64,000 nt of DNA from Haliotis rufescens (GCF_023055435.1 NW_025964334.1:46066001-46130000), one strand, 5' to 3'; positions 1 to 14,548 are shown, numbered from the stretch's first letter. A program made the numbers and translations. Notes: generated by a model from the sequence alone, not told the origin.

Positions 1-2230
1 TGTATCAGTGACGTGTATCAGTGACGTGTATCGATGATATGTATCAGTGACGTGTATCAGTGACGTAAATCAATGACGTGTTTCAGTTACGCGTATCAGT
101 GACGTATATCGATGTCATGTATCAGTGATGACGTGTATCGATGGCATGTATCAGTGACGTATTTCCGTGACGTGTATCAGTGACGCGTATCAATCAGGGA
201 CGTGTACTGATGACGTGTATCAGTGACAAACGTGTATCAGTGACGTGTATCAATGTAGTGTATCAGTGACGTGTATCAGTGACGTGTATCGATGACATGT
301 ATCAGTGACGTGTATCAGTGACGTAAATCAATGACGTGTATCAGTGACGTGTATCAATGTAGTGTATCAGCTACGTGTTTCAGTGACGTGTATCGATGAC
401 ATGTATCAGTGACGTGTATCAGTGACGTAAATCAATGACGTGTATCAGTGACGTGTATCAATGACGTGTATCAATGACGTGTATCAGTGACGTTTATCGG
501 TGACGAGTATCAGTGACGTGTATCGATGACGTAAATCAATGACGTGTTTCAGTGACGCGTATCAGTGACGTATATCGATGTCATGTATCAGTGATGACGT
601 GTATCGATGGCATGTATCAGTGACGTGTATCAGTGACGTGAATCAATGACGTGTATCGATGACGTGTATCAGTGACGTAAATCAATGACGTGTATCAGTG
701 ACGTAAATCAATGACTGTATCGGTGACGTGTATCAGTGACGTGTATCAATGACGTGTATCGATGGCATGTATCAGTGACATGTTTCCGTGACGTGTATCG
801 ATGACGTGTATCAGTGACGTGAATCAATGACGTGTATCGATGACGTGTATCTGTGACATAAATCAATGACGTGTATCAGTGACGTACATCAATGACGTGT
901 ATCAGTGACGTGTATCACTGACGTGTATCAATAACGTGTATCGATGGCATGTATCAGTTACGTGTTTCCTTGACGTGTATCGGTGACGTGTATCAGTGAT
1001 GTGTATCAGTGACGTGAAACAATGACGTGAAACAATGACGTGTATCGATGACGTGTATCAGTGATGTAAATCAATGACGTAAATCAATGACGTGTTTCAG
1101 TGACGTGTATCAGTGACGTGAATCAATTACGTGTATCGATGACGTGTATCAGTGACGTAAATCAATGACGTGCTTCAGTGACGTGTATCGATGACGTGTA
1201 TCAGTGACGTGTATCAGTGACATGTATCAGTGACGTGTATCAATGACGTGTATCAATGACGTGTATCAGTGACGTGTATCAGTAATGTGTATCGATGACG
1301 TGTATCAGTGACGTAAATCAATGACGTGTATCAGTGACGTAAATCAGTGACGTGTTTCAGTGACATGTATCAATGACGTGTATCAATGACGTGTATCAGT
1401 GACGTGTATCAGTGACGTGTATCAATGACGTGTATCAGTGAATGGGAAATCGATGACGTGTATCAGTGACGTAAATCAATGATGTGTATCAGTGACGTAA
1501 ATCAATGACGTGTTTCAGTTACGTGTATCAGTGACGTGTATCAGTGACGCGTATCGATAACGTGTATCAGTGACGTGTATCGATGACGTGTATCAGTGAC
1601 GTAAATCAATGGCGTGTATCAGTGACGTAAATTAATGACGTGTTTCAGTGACGTGTATCAGTGACGTGTATCGATTATGTGTATCGGTGACGTGTATCAG
1701 TGACGTGTATCGATGACGTGTATCGGTGGCATGTATCAGTGACGTTTATCAGTGACGTGTATCAGTGACGTGTATCAATGACGTGTATCAGTGACGTGTA
1801 TCAGTGACGTGTATCATTGAGGTAAATCAGTGACGTGTATCAGTGACGTGTATCGATGGCATGTATCAGTGACGTGTTTCCGTGACGTGTATCGGTGACG
1901 TGTATCAGTGACGTGAATCAATGACGTGTATCGATGACGTGTATCAGTGACGTGTTTCAGTGACGTGTTTCAGTGAAGTGTATCAATGACGTGTATCAGT
2001 GACGTGTATCAATGACGTTTATCGATGGCATGTATCAGTGACGTGAATCAATGAGGGACGTGAATCGGTGACGAGTATCAATATAGGTGCATCAGTGTCT
2101 TGTGTAAGTGGCGAACTTGTATCAGTGACGTGTATCAGTGACATGCATCAGTAGCGTGTATCAATGACGGACGTTTATCAGTGACGTGTATCAATCAGGT
2201 GTATCAGTGACGTGTAACGTGTATCAGTTA
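1..2230. repeat. 13-bp minisatellite (GTGTATCAGTGAC)n, roughly 170 copies, truncated by window start
   Basis: Direct reading: unit tgtatcagtgacg with recurrent variants (tcaatg, tcgatg, gtaaatc); degenerates after about 2050. Confidence 0.97.
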
Positions 2231-5200
2231 CATTTCTGTAAGAAATTTATCACTGACATGTATAGGAAAATATATATCACGTTACAAATGATATATACAA
2301 CAAACAATTCTCTACATGCGATAGACATATTTTCCCTTTCTTAAACATAGGATATGAATAACAGCATCTTGGTTTCATTGACAATCAAGGATTTATCCCG
2401 AAACGTTGTACAAGCAAGCACACGTCAGTTGTTTCAGTGAGTCACGGGGGACATATTGGACTCTCAGATTAAACGCAACGTCGCTCTGGGGGCTTTACAA
2501 TGTCCAATAACAAATTGTAAGTCTGTGAATCTGTCAGATGAAAAGTGGACTATTATTCCACGTTAATCAAATAAATTTGCCGTCAAAGTCTACCGCGTGA
2601 AGTACCAGGGAGATTAAACCAAAGATTGTTCTTTCTCTCATCGAGTCAAGCTTGTAGCTCCCCGCTCATATTCTACAGAAAAGGGATTCAGCGTCCAGAC
2701 CCTTTCTGAAGAAATATCGTTTAAGACAATTTATATTTGTTAATGCCCATTGTAAATAAATAGTTCAATCACTTTGGTAAACATGTTTTATTTGCCCTGT
2801 ATGCACATATCTATTAACTTCACAAGTTTGGGGAACTTCATTACGGTTCAAAGAAAATAAATTTTGACATTTTTCTGCGTGCGTTGATGTCCCCTGAGTC
2901 ACACAGCTCGTCAGCAGAAAAAACCAACCCCCCAACACAAAAACACAGGAAATATTGGAATTCTTCAAATCTTAATAAGGACATTCAGGGGAACGAAAAT
3001 TAAATTAACTGCTGCTCTTGTTATTGAATGAGGGAAACAATTTGCGGTTGAATAATATATGACAATTAAGATCAGCCATATTTAAGACCGTGCTGTACTT
3101 GTAAGACGATGTGTGCAAGTGTCATGGGGGCCATACAGTCGGGACGGGATTACTCATCTCGATAAAAACATGTCTATTGCTTTGTCGTTTTAGTGCACAT
3201 GGTCTACACACGCCCGTATGAGAGATCAAATCAGCTGGGTGATAATGTCATGGTTATATGGCTTTCTCTGCACATAAAATACAGTCAAAGTAAGAAAAGT
3301 GCTTTACCAAATTATTAAATAGTTTTATTAACCACAAGTGTATTTAATTTGAAACATTACTTTTGTGATATTTACTTGAAATTTGAAAACACTTGGCTTA
3401 TACGATCTAAATTTTAATTACTGCATACTAATATATACGTGTTCAGCCGTATGTAGCAAGAAGCTACGTGTCCGTGTCTATATGCATGATCAGTCCATCA
3501 TTGGGTTGAGCGGTATTAATTACGTGGGATAGTGTTTCGCTAGCTTACAGGGCACATGGCGTGTTGAGTTTCGTGGTCATGTGAATAAACAGGTTCCTAT
3601 ATGTTGATCAAACCAACTTTCTGTTTTAATCCATTGACATATGTCGCTGAACAAAACAAAATATGTTTTTAATTGATTAATTTAAACTAAAAATACAAGT
3701 TTATCTGACATAAAATGCTCTAATACTTCCTAACAAGTTTACTTACAATATGGAGACGCATGTCTCCTCTATTTAATCCACTTTTGTTCACATCTTCTGA
3801 GAACAAACTGATACTATTTTCATGGCTATATTTCATGTCAGTTTAATTTGTTTAACGCCATAGCGTGACTACTGATACGAGAAATTAACACAGAAATTGA
3901 GCCGTTGCTTTCTATGTAAAACATAAGTCGCTCAGTAAAGATCACGCATCCGACGACCCACAGCATCACATAAAGAGTTGTTCCTTCAGTGCCAAATAAG
4001 ACAGATCGTTATATCTGAAGGAAAGTAATTCCTTGACTCGGCAAATATTCCAAGTTTCTTTCTCTTCCTCTTGTTCATTCATCCTCGAACAACAGTTTTA
4101 AGAAGTATACAAAAAGACAAAAAAAATATATTCTATTTTGGGCATTAGGCTATTGGTTTGATAAAACAATAAGTATATACATTTATTTTGGGTAATAAGG
4201 TATTGGTTTAATAAATAAAATCAGTATGTATATGATTTTATTGGTATTAAGGTATTGGTCTAAGAAAACAGTCAGTATGTACTTTTTGTTTGTGTATTAA
4301 GATATTGGTTTCATAAATTGTGGGTATATATAGCGATTGATTAAATACAACAATCAGGAAACCATATAATAAATACCCCATTTTAATTCTGGAAACTCAT
4401 TTGTCCAGAAAACCCCTCTTAGGCCGGTCTCGAATTTACAAAATTCAACATGCTGTTTTCTTTGGTACATAGTGAAAAAGAAAACTTGGGGGGGGGGGTG
4501 TTAGGTGGCAAATAAAATTTTAATTTAAATTTTAAATTTTACTTCCCAAATGTGTGACTTGAAATATCATGACACATAATTTAACTATTTAAACAATTAA
4601 AAGAAGCCACACCAGCATACAAGAAAAGATGTGGGTATACATCTTCACACCAAATCAAGGAATCGAGAATATCATCTTCATTTGCGTGCAGTTTGTTGGA
4701 ACGGATTCTGGTGAAGCTGACCTGTGTGCTATTTCACAAACAAACCATCACTAAATCTCTACTGTGTCGGTATCTCGCCGCCTTTAAATATTGTTGCAGT
4801 ATTGCTAAGAAATACCAAACAAGAAAAGGTATCCTCTGCGAGACATACTATCAAGGGTATATATTGACAATACATATATATCTATGTATCTCGCGTAGCA
4901 ACATTTGATAAAACCTTAGTATAGGACAGTAAAACGTTTCTACGGTATTTTCTAATCCGCCTGTCCAACATTTAAACAATATTGAATACAATATTGAGAA
5001 CTGCTTTTTCTGGAGTCGTGCTTGTGAACTAATGTCGATAATGGAAAAATACAACATCACAGTAAATCGATATTGGAAGGGCACTTTGACTTTCATTTTA
5101 TTTTTTAATAAAACACGCAATACTTGATGACCACTTATATAAAATGAATTATTTTATATATATTTTTTATACATTTCGACCATCGACACATTGCTTTTAG

Positions 5201-6019
5201 AAAACTTAGTAATTATGTCATTAAAAAAGACAGGTTTTGATTTTGTGTTGTAATCAATTCTACTACCTCTCATGTTTATGCGTGTACACATAGCTCGACA
5301 TAACTCGATCTAATTTCAGTGAATATGTGCACTAAGACTATATATTTTGATCTACAGAGCGCACGTGATGTGCATTTTCTTATGGGGACACAGTAGGTAG
5401 GGGACCGCCCGGAAAAGTTGCCAGCATTAATCACTGGATGTTCTCATCTGTGGCACGGATTTTCAAAGGCCAAAGATTGAGATGAATAAAAGAGCTGGTT
5501 CAAAAATCAAACATCTATATATACAGTCACTTTTTAAGCAAGATGTGAAGTGTGTCAACTGCTAAGATACAAATTTACGTCTCAGTATTTTCCAATTTGA
5601 AAAGAAAAATCAGCGTTCATATGAGTGTTGGCTAATTTGTTATACCTTTATCAAAGAGTCCCTCGGCGGGCCATTGTACAAACAAATATAAATTATTACA
5701 TTATACATTTTACATGGTATTCACCACTACGTGGTCAGTGTTGAACAATGCATGATATTGTCCAACATGTGATAAGAATCCAAATGCCTCCATCAGTGAT
5801 TTACTCTTAGATGAGTGTGAGTAGAACTGTTTCTGGTATAGATACGTGCTAAATATAGGATGTGAATACACTAACCAAATAATCTATGAATTTCTTTTCA
5901 TCGCAAATAGTAGTTTCACACAAAACTGCTACAAATACATTTGGTATATATTTGTACATGTAGTACTTCGCAAGAAGGCCTAAAGACCATACACTGACAG
6001 GTAAAACAACGGCTACACC

Positions 6020-6240
6020 CATGTGTGATGGTAGCTAGAAGAAAACAAACATGAAATAATTAGTCTATGGAGATATATTTGATACGGGTGTCATAGTTGT
6101 ATTTTGGGCCTTAAGCTTGCAGTGTTTCGGCGATGGCTTTCAGCCTAGTAACGTTTTGATATCATTTGTAAGTTTTTGGTCAAATCCAATTTTCAAGTGT
6201 ATACTTTCTTTTGTCCGTCAATTTATAGAGTCTATTCCTT
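6020..6240. repeat. Dispersed repeat, second copy at about 15425-15900 (there interrupted by a SINE)
   Basis: gatacgggtgtcatagttgtattttggg...cttaagcttgcagtgtttcggcgatggctttcagcctagtaacgtttt matches gatacgggtatcatagttctgttttgg...cttaactttgcagtgtttcggcgactgttttcagcctaataacgttt. Confidence 0.75.
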
Positions 6241-6484
6241 ATTCGGAAGACACCCCACGAACTGTGTAGACATTTGCCTTGAAGCCCACACGGGAGGCTG
6301 ACAGGGTTAACACCTTCCCACCAGTGTATGTGTACCACCCAGCCTGGTGTAGGAAGGACGTGGGCATCACACTTCACAAACACATTGCCACACCCTGTGC
6401 CAGCTGTTAAACCTGTGACGGGATCCTTCAAATGCATTCTGGTATTAAGGATATTACACATGTAGTTATGATAAACACATATGT

Positions 6485-7000
6485 TTACACCATCTACAAC
6501 CTTCCCCTACCCCTGTACATCCACAGCCTCCCCCACACCCATAACAAATACAACCATTCCCGATACCGCCTCTACACCCTCTACAACCTTCCCACCCCAC
6601 CCCCTGTACCGTCTACAACCACCCCCACCCACCCCCGCACTGTCTACAACCAACCCCCCCCCACCCCCACCCCCCCGCACTGTCTACAACCTCCCCGAAC
6701 CCTGCACCGTCTGCAACCACCCCCGCGCTGTCTACAACCACTCCTAACTCGCCACCGTCTGCAACCACCCCCAATAACCACACCCATCCACCCCTACAAC
6801 CATCCCCCACCCAAGCACCGACTACAACCATCCACCACCACCAACCTGCACCGTCTACTACCGCCCTCACCCCAACACTGCACCGTCTACATCCACCCTC
6901 CATCCCCACCCCTGCACTGTCTACAACCTACCCCTACCATTAGTATCCCCCTACTTACACCCCTACCCCACTCCTGCCACAACCTATTCCCATTCTACCC
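6485..7000. repeat. C-rich degenerate tandem repeat (core ccc-gcac(t/c)gtctacaacc), intronic
   Basis: Repeated ctgtctacaacc / ccgtctacaacc cores separated by C runs. The overlapping Pro/Thr/His-rich ORFs are compositional artefacts. Confidence 0.85.
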
Positions 7001-7031
7001 TCTCGTGTTTACAATGGAGTGCATTATTCAC

Positions 7032-7212
7032 CTGCTAGTTCCGTGCCTGACACACCGGGGTCGACCTCAGGGTCGCTGTCTCTCTCGTCTGCCTTATCTT
7101 CTGGCGAACAGAGGTTCTCCTCTTCCTGCCGCTTCAGGATATTGTCAATTGAATGCTTGAAGGGCGGTTTTCCTTCAGAAATTACGCTTCTTCTAGACAT
7201 GGACAGATCCAT
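7032..7212 (-). CDS. Probable first coding exon of an eh1-motif (Groucho-binding) transcriptional repressor, likely homeobox class
   Basis: MDLSMSRRSVISEGKPPFKHSIDNILKRQEEENLCSPEDKADERDSDPEVDPGVSGTELA contains the eh1-like FKHSIDNIL followed by an acidic linker. ATG is in a strong context (GCGATGG) just after an in-frame TAG. The exon ends at a phase-1 donor GCAG|GTGAAT (GT at 7031-7030). No DNA-binding domain found in the window. Confidence 0.65.
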
Positions 7213-10200
7213 CGCGTGCTAGTCTCTCGTAAGGCACCGCTTCCACTCAGTATAAATCAGGTTAAATCAAACTAACCGAGCCGTGATTGTAACATGGGTC
7301 CATTCTTGAAATAAGACAACTGGCGTCAAAGAATGGTGAGTTGACATCCAACTCTTGCCCCGTCTCGAAAACTAAATAATGTTCCAACTGAACTTACTGT
7401 AGCTCTTTCAATCTCGAAAGTCTTCACCAATAACAAGATTAGTTCCAATTGCAACCCCGTCTTCGTCTCCGGAGCCGCTACAGACTAGATCCTATGGAAG
7501 TTCCTGCAATGTTGCCACTTCAACGACACAAGAAGTAATGCATCCAGTAAAACACCAGTTTTTTCACAAGAATCCCCGACTAGTTAGTAAACCTGCAGTA
7601 ACTGCACTCTTTAAGCCTACTTCATCTAAATGTAAAGCCGAGATGTGTAATCGACTGCTGGTGTCGTCTGATGACAAGTATCGTCTGCTCCGAGTCGTCT
7701 GCTACAACACGGATACGCCGTCTTCCTGTCGATTGTGACAACGGCTATCACGGCCGATCACCCAAAGTTAATCCTTGATTTTATTTGCTTGAGATAAGAC
7801 AGAAGTCGTTCCCGAGTTCCCATTGGGTGGATATAAGGGTGAGCTCCACACACTGTGTAGTGTTGGCTTCGCTACATCAAAGCTTAGTCTGTGGAGCTCG
7901 GCGCAGTCATGGGCAATTTGTCATATGCCATACACAATAGAAGGCAGCAGAGCGTTGTCCCAGGTAATAAATAATTACAATAATAATTAGAAGATGATTA
8001 CCGGGTTCAGGTGTAGAACTTATTATCAATAGTAGATTAGATGGTTTGGCGAATTGATTAGTTTATCGACGCGCCTTTGTCACATGTGCTGGTGCTAATC
8101 ACCTTAATTGGATAATTGGTTGGGGTGACATACATAGCTGCTGGTTGCCATGAGGATCAACACACGTCCCTATTAACGGCCCATAATTGGAGGAGAAAGT
8201 ATCATTTACGAATATGTTGTTGCGAAAATTACGGGGAAGTTTTTTCTCGGCCTGTTATAGATGTCATTGATCTCTTTGTTAATTAGATGGCGTTAATATG
8301 ATGACATAGTCATTATTTCCAAGTCAATTAGTCACTGCAGGGATGGCAATGAAGCAGCACACGTACATTAAGGCTTTGGTTATGCTCCACAAACCTTCTA
8401 TTGACCAAGCTGAATTCAAATTTGGCTTGAAAACATGCACGTGCGAAATGTGCTGAAATATTAATGCAGCCTGTATACACCCGCCTCAACGCTTGGTGGC
8501 TTGAGAAATTACTCCTTATATCTTCTGGGACATAATTTGTGTGAGCTGTTGTAGCATTGTCCCAGGTAGTGTGACCTTAATGTGGATTCCTGAATTATAA
8601 TCTCTTGATATGTGTCGTACCAAGCCTGAACCATAGGTCTTTGTGAAAGAGAAATATGTTGACATTATCTGATCTCCCAAACAGCACTTCCAATCATACA
8701 AAGCTTTCTGTTTTGAATTAATTTAGGTGAAATAATTCCGAATTAATCATGTAACTACAGACATTTAATGAAATATTGGAAGATGTTAAGAAGAGTAAAG
8801 GACCCTAAGCACATATGTTTATGGTTAAAAAAAAGAAAGTGTAGCTTGTGGAACGTAGGGAAGGTCTTCACGTTGATGTTTATATACACATTAATGTTGT
8901 TGTGGAAAGTTATGCATGGAGGAAGGGTTTAGGGTTATAGAACCTCAGCAGCAAATAAGTAGAACGAAATGTTCGTTTTGATTTTAGGGATATATCATAT
9001 ACTTGTGCTGTTATGGATAACAATCTGGGCCCTGTGACGACTCACTGCCTCGAGAATGACAAGGGTTTTCATAAGGCAATAGTTAATGACATGCACATTC
9101 ACAACAAAAAAGATAGGAAACAAAATATTTCCTTGCTGCCGTCCTATTCTGAAATTCAGGAAGGCCAGGAAATGAGAGATGTTCTAATAATTACTTTCAT
9201 AGTGAGTAATTTTGTCGTATCTATTTTCATCATGGTGATTAATATCTTTGTTTTGCCTGTCGGTGTTATTCTGGTCTGTATTACTATGTCTTTATACGTC
9301 TTATTCATGCTTTGTTCTCCACATACCTCATTATTACGCGATGCTATGATTCATCTAAATGTGAGAGTTCAGATTAGTCGTATACGCTTGATAAAATGAC
9401 AGGCTTATTGTTCGTTAGTTTTGCCATACATGATTAAATTATCACTGACCCTAAAAGATCCCCAGTCAGTTGATGGAAGTACACTAAAACTAAAACCAAA
9501 CGCCCATTTATCTGTCTAAACAAACAGAGTGTGCCTATACGCTACAGCGCGTCACAGCGTGAAAAGCAAATTGGGTGAAAAATCTTTAAAATCAGAATTA
9601 CAGCAACGCAGTGCATTTTGTGTGGACAGAACTACTCGTCTGTCTGGAGTGACGAGGGATAAGGCGGAAACACACATTGTGTGCATTGGTGAGGCAATTT
9701 AGTCCCTCGCTGCACTCGAACAGATAAACCATTGAGCACGCATTTGATGTCCAAGGGAGACAGTGCCGCCATACGTTTTATTTAAATCTGGAAATATAAT
9801 TTTATATAACCTATTTTTTTGAGTGAACATGTTCACGTTAAGGTCCCTGTTCACGTTAAGTTCCTGTTCACATCAAGTTCCCTGTCCACGTAGATTCTGG
9901 CAACAGACCAACATGTTTCTCCTTTCCAATCTTGTTTTTCAGTTTCATGGATACGTTGAACCCTTCGCTAATGAACTAAACTCACTGATTAGAAAAACTA
10001 TTCCTGTTTATTAATGCAAGGTGTCAAAATATTGAAAATTATAGTCGTTTAAATTCTGAGACGCTGTCTTGGTTGTACACAATAACATTTTAAACAGATC
10101 CTCTCAAAAATGGAAATTGTCGTTACGGACTATATAGCTGTTATGCATTTTTAATGGGATCAAATTGGCAGATGAATCATTTTCCTGTTCTTATTTTGCC

Positions 10201-11670
10201 GACTTTTAAAGGCAAATCAATCTTAACAAATTCTAATTAGGTAGAGCGTCATTCTGGTAACACCCATGTCACTGAAGGTGCAGGGGAACCCCTAGATCTA
10301 TTCAAACTTAAATGCTTGATGAGATTGTATTCTCCTATGCTATTAATACTTAATGCGCCACTCAACAGTATTGTATCCCCTTTTTACTTTTTGCACCTGT
10401 CGCTAATTGAATATTTCGGTTGTTTCCGATGAAAACATTACTACCGGAGATACACGGCTTTTTACGATATTATCCGAGCGTTAATGATGTCATCAACTGG
10501 AGAAATCGAGCATGCCAATTCACGTCTGAGATTGATTCAACAAGCTTATCTAAACTATAACTTGTCATATGGGAAATATGATGCACGCTATCAGTACCAT
10601 TCATTCTCGCTGCCAGTGAAATTGAGGTAATTGAGCCAGATATTGTATATCATAGTGCTCGTTGTCTCCGCTAGGACCTACCAAACAGGCCATAAATATA
10701 TCAAAGTGTGTATATAACTCACTATAGATCTATTTGTAAAAGACAATGGGATACCTTGTTAGGGAGGTAGTATCTATTGAGCCGACATTGTAATATACAA
10801 CAGACTGAGTATATTCCGAAAGACAGATTGTCCACTTACACAAAACGATACGATGGCATGGGTGCCTTTGAGGAGTGACATTTTATTGTTTTTATCTTTA
10901 ATGAAAGCTGAATTGTCTATACTCGGTAGCCTTTGTGGGGTATAGTAAGGTATATTGAGCCATAATCGGGACGCACGAGCAATTATCACTTGTGAATGAG
11001 TGGACGATTGACAGGTGCGTGCCCCGAAACTCAGAAATACGAAATGGCGAGTACTTGCCACCTGCTCAGTGCTAGATATGACTGGACGTGTTTGACGAAG
11101 ATGACAATGAGAACTTACGTCACGGATGTAACAGTTATAGATATTAAGTGCGAACAGGGACTGGTCGGGGAAACATCAAAGCTTTACTGCTATATTCTTA
11201 CACATCTTGAACTCAACTGTAATAGTCCTTCACTTTTAACATTAGATACATTACTTTCATGAGTGCATTTTACGCCATTTTATTGAGGTGGTTAGCTCAA
11301 GTATATCATTGTATTCTGGGCCAGGTGACAGTCATGTACTAGCACTCGAGATGGTCGGTAATTCCAAGACAGGATAGGTTTGATTTAAAACGTCTTTTAT
11401 TCCATTCTGAAAAGGATTGTGAACATGTTATCCAACTTTGGGAAGCTCTCCTTTAACTTACAGCAATGACTTGCGTGTAAACAAAAACTTGATAGGGAAT
11501 TCAAAATATGTCATTTCCAATACAAGATACATTTGCATTGCCATGTAACATTTAATTATTATAAAGTTGCATTTTGACAGATAATGAAATACGTCTTTGT
11601 AGTGCAAATTCAAGTAAAGCGGTTAAATTACTTTCACAAGACCACACTGACACACATGATGAGTTGAACC

Positions 11671-11752
11671 ATCCACGACACAGACAACACAGTTGAAACA
11701 TCCACGACACAGACAACACAGTTGAAACATCCACGACACAGACAACACAGTT
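11671..11752. repeat. 29-bp tandem repeat, about 3 copies
   Basis: atccacgacacagacaacacagttgaaac repeated. Confidence 0.9.
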
Positions 11753-12160
11753 TACGTCCTTTTCGCTGGGAGCTAAGTCAATACCTGAATTATTGTATTC
11801 AACAAAATAAATTTAGAAATTAGAAACATCTTTTGATTGTATTTCTAAAGTAGGAATGTGAAAATTGATCGGTATTTTGATGGACTACGAGTATATGGTC
11901 CCGATACTGTTTTGCAATCTCAAGACATCGACACAAATTGGGATAAACACATCAAATTAGGCCTGGAGTCGAACCCAACAAGCAGGATATCACTGACGAA
12001 CACACAGACGCTTTGATACATTACCAAACGTCTTCCCCATACGTCACTACTATAGTTGAACAATTATTTTAAAAAGTAATTTGTTTCGAAATGCTATTCC
12101 AGTTCCCTCTAACAAATGCTTGATCCTACACAGAAAGTTATTGAAGGGACGTGGCAACGG

Positions 12161-12946
12161 GGTATTATGTCTCTCTCGTGTGTAGTAACAACGACAAGGT
12201 ATCATGTCTCTCTCGTGTGTAGTAACACCGACAAGGTATCATGTCTCTCTCGTGTGTAGTAACAACGACAAGGTATTATGTCTCTCTCATGTGTAGTAAC
12301 AACGACAAGGTGTTATGTCTCTCTCGTGTGTAGTAACAACGACAAGGTATTATGTCTCTCTCGTGTGTAGTAACAACGACACGGTATTATGTCTCTCTCG
12401 TGTGTAGTAACAACGACAAGGTATTATGTCTCTCTCGTGTGTAGTAACAACGACAAGGTGTAATGTCTCTCTCGCGTGTAGTAACAACGACACGGTATTA
12501 TGTCTCTCTCGTGTGTAGTAACAACGACAAGGTGTTATGTCTCTCTCGTGTGTAGTAACAACGACAAGGTGTTATGTCTCTCTCGTGTGTAGTAACAACG
12601 ACAAGGTGTTATGTCTCTCTCGTGTGTAGTAACAACGACAAGGTGTTATGTCTCTCTCGTGTGTAGTAACAACGACACGGTATTATGTCTCTCTCGTGTG
12701 TAGTAACAACGACAAGGTGTTATGTCTCTCTCGTGTGTAGTAACAACGACACGGTGTTATGTCTCTCTCATGTGTAGTAACAACGACACGGTGTTGTGTC
12801 TCTCTCGTGTGTAGTAATAACGACAAGGTATTATGTCTCTCTCGTGTGTAGTAACAACGACAAGGTATTATGTCTCTCTGGTGTGTAGTAACAACGACAC
12901 GGTATCATATCGCTCTCGTGTGTAGTAATAACGACACGGTGTTATC
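12161..12946. repeat. 37-bp minisatellite, about 21 copies
   Basis: Unit ggtattatgtctctctcgtgtgtagtaacaacgacaa. Confidence 0.97.
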
Positions 12947-14548
12947 ATCACATGTCACTACGATCACCTCCACCCATCTTGAGTGGCATAACGCTTGTCG
13001 ATTACACAGTGAAATCTACAACCTTCGTTAGTGCAGTTGGTTATGTCAATCAGACCAGATATGTCAGTATCTGTGGCCGTATGTGAGTAGCCTGCATCTT
13101 TACCACAGTGGCGTGGCTCGTGACAGGTTTATTGGTCGACCCCACTCCCGGTCTACATACACGAGTCCTCCACCATATTGCCTTCATCGTTCATAGCCAA
13201 CACTGTTATTTACAGATGATAATCTGGCACTTGAACAGTCATGGCTAATCATTGAAGTATTAGATATAGTCGTGTACTCGTATATAGTCATATATAGGTG
13301 GTGGTGTTGCGGATAAACACAGCTCGAAGTACCCAGAAAACTTAAACAGCTAAGGTGACAAACTGACAAATGGTATAGGAGATGCCATGTACAGACAGAC
13401 ACACATAGTTTATATAGTGTCACGTGAAGGTTAACAATAGTTACATACAATATATACATACGACCAGGATTGCCCAGCCCATATTAGGCTTATAGGACAT
13501 TGTAAAACGTTATTATTTCATTATACCTTACCTACATAATAAAACGCATATCATAAACATAGTAGCCGTCTTCTGTACATGTTGTTAACAGTAGATGATA
13601 GAATGTACGGCTCTGACGACACTGAAACATTTAACAATTTCACGTTGTCATGAAAGGAGGTAAAACCTATCAGCTTCAGGAGTTGATATCTGAGGTCAAG
13701 GTGTACAGGACAATTTACAAAAAAACGTGTGTGGGGGCGTTGTAAATGTTGTGTAACGAACTGTTTAGTTTTATCATTCCACATATCCGTAGACCATGTT
13801 TCTTCATCCCATCTCATTAAACGTGGTTCATTGTTTACTTGTGTTTTAAAAACACTCGCAGTTAAGATGTCGTAACTATGGTTGCTGTACTGAATCGGCA
13901 ACATATCCCTCTTTCTGTTTTTGATCAATGGAACAACTTAATGTAGAAACGCAAGGCTTCGATTCTGTGTTGTGAGGCAGGTACTGCAATATTGGAGGTA
14001 TTTCGGGCACACCGAGGAAAACCTACACGATCTCAGCTGTATATTGCTGATTCTCCGATGGCCGTAAATGCCCCTATACATTGTCGAACAAGCCTCGTTT
14101 TCTATTAAGCATAGTACATTTCGCAAATTAACAAAACGATTAAGCAAAGGTGACGCATTTATGCGACCTCAAGATATGTATAACAATATCAATGCGTGTA
14201 AAGTAGAAGATATGTCTTTGTTTAAGGACACATAAACAAGAAATAAATAATTAATTTATATTGTACAGATGATTTGTTTATGAATTCAGAATACTTTTAG
14301 CGTCAGCAATGCCGCTATGACCAGATGTTAATGTTCAAAGTTCGCTCTACCTCAGGCGTGTAATTATGGAATATATACATGCTTTCAATGTGATAGCGGG
14401 CAGACGTATTTCGGACAGTTTATATTGTAATGTGAACAGTTCTAAATAATAATTATATGATAAATGGCCTCTCAGATATACATTGAACTGACATCCAAGT
14501 GGCTGCACACACGTACGCCGTACTTTAGTATGTTAAATTTTGCAGCCT

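Noticed and set aside
6432-7160. 242-aa Pro/His/Thr-rich ORF on the plus strand
   Set aside because: Derived from the C-rich repeat and antisense to the better-supported eh1 exon.
9013-9399. 128-aa ORF with a hydrophobic stretch
   Set aside because: No recognisable motif or splice structure; consistent with a chance ORF in T-rich sequence.
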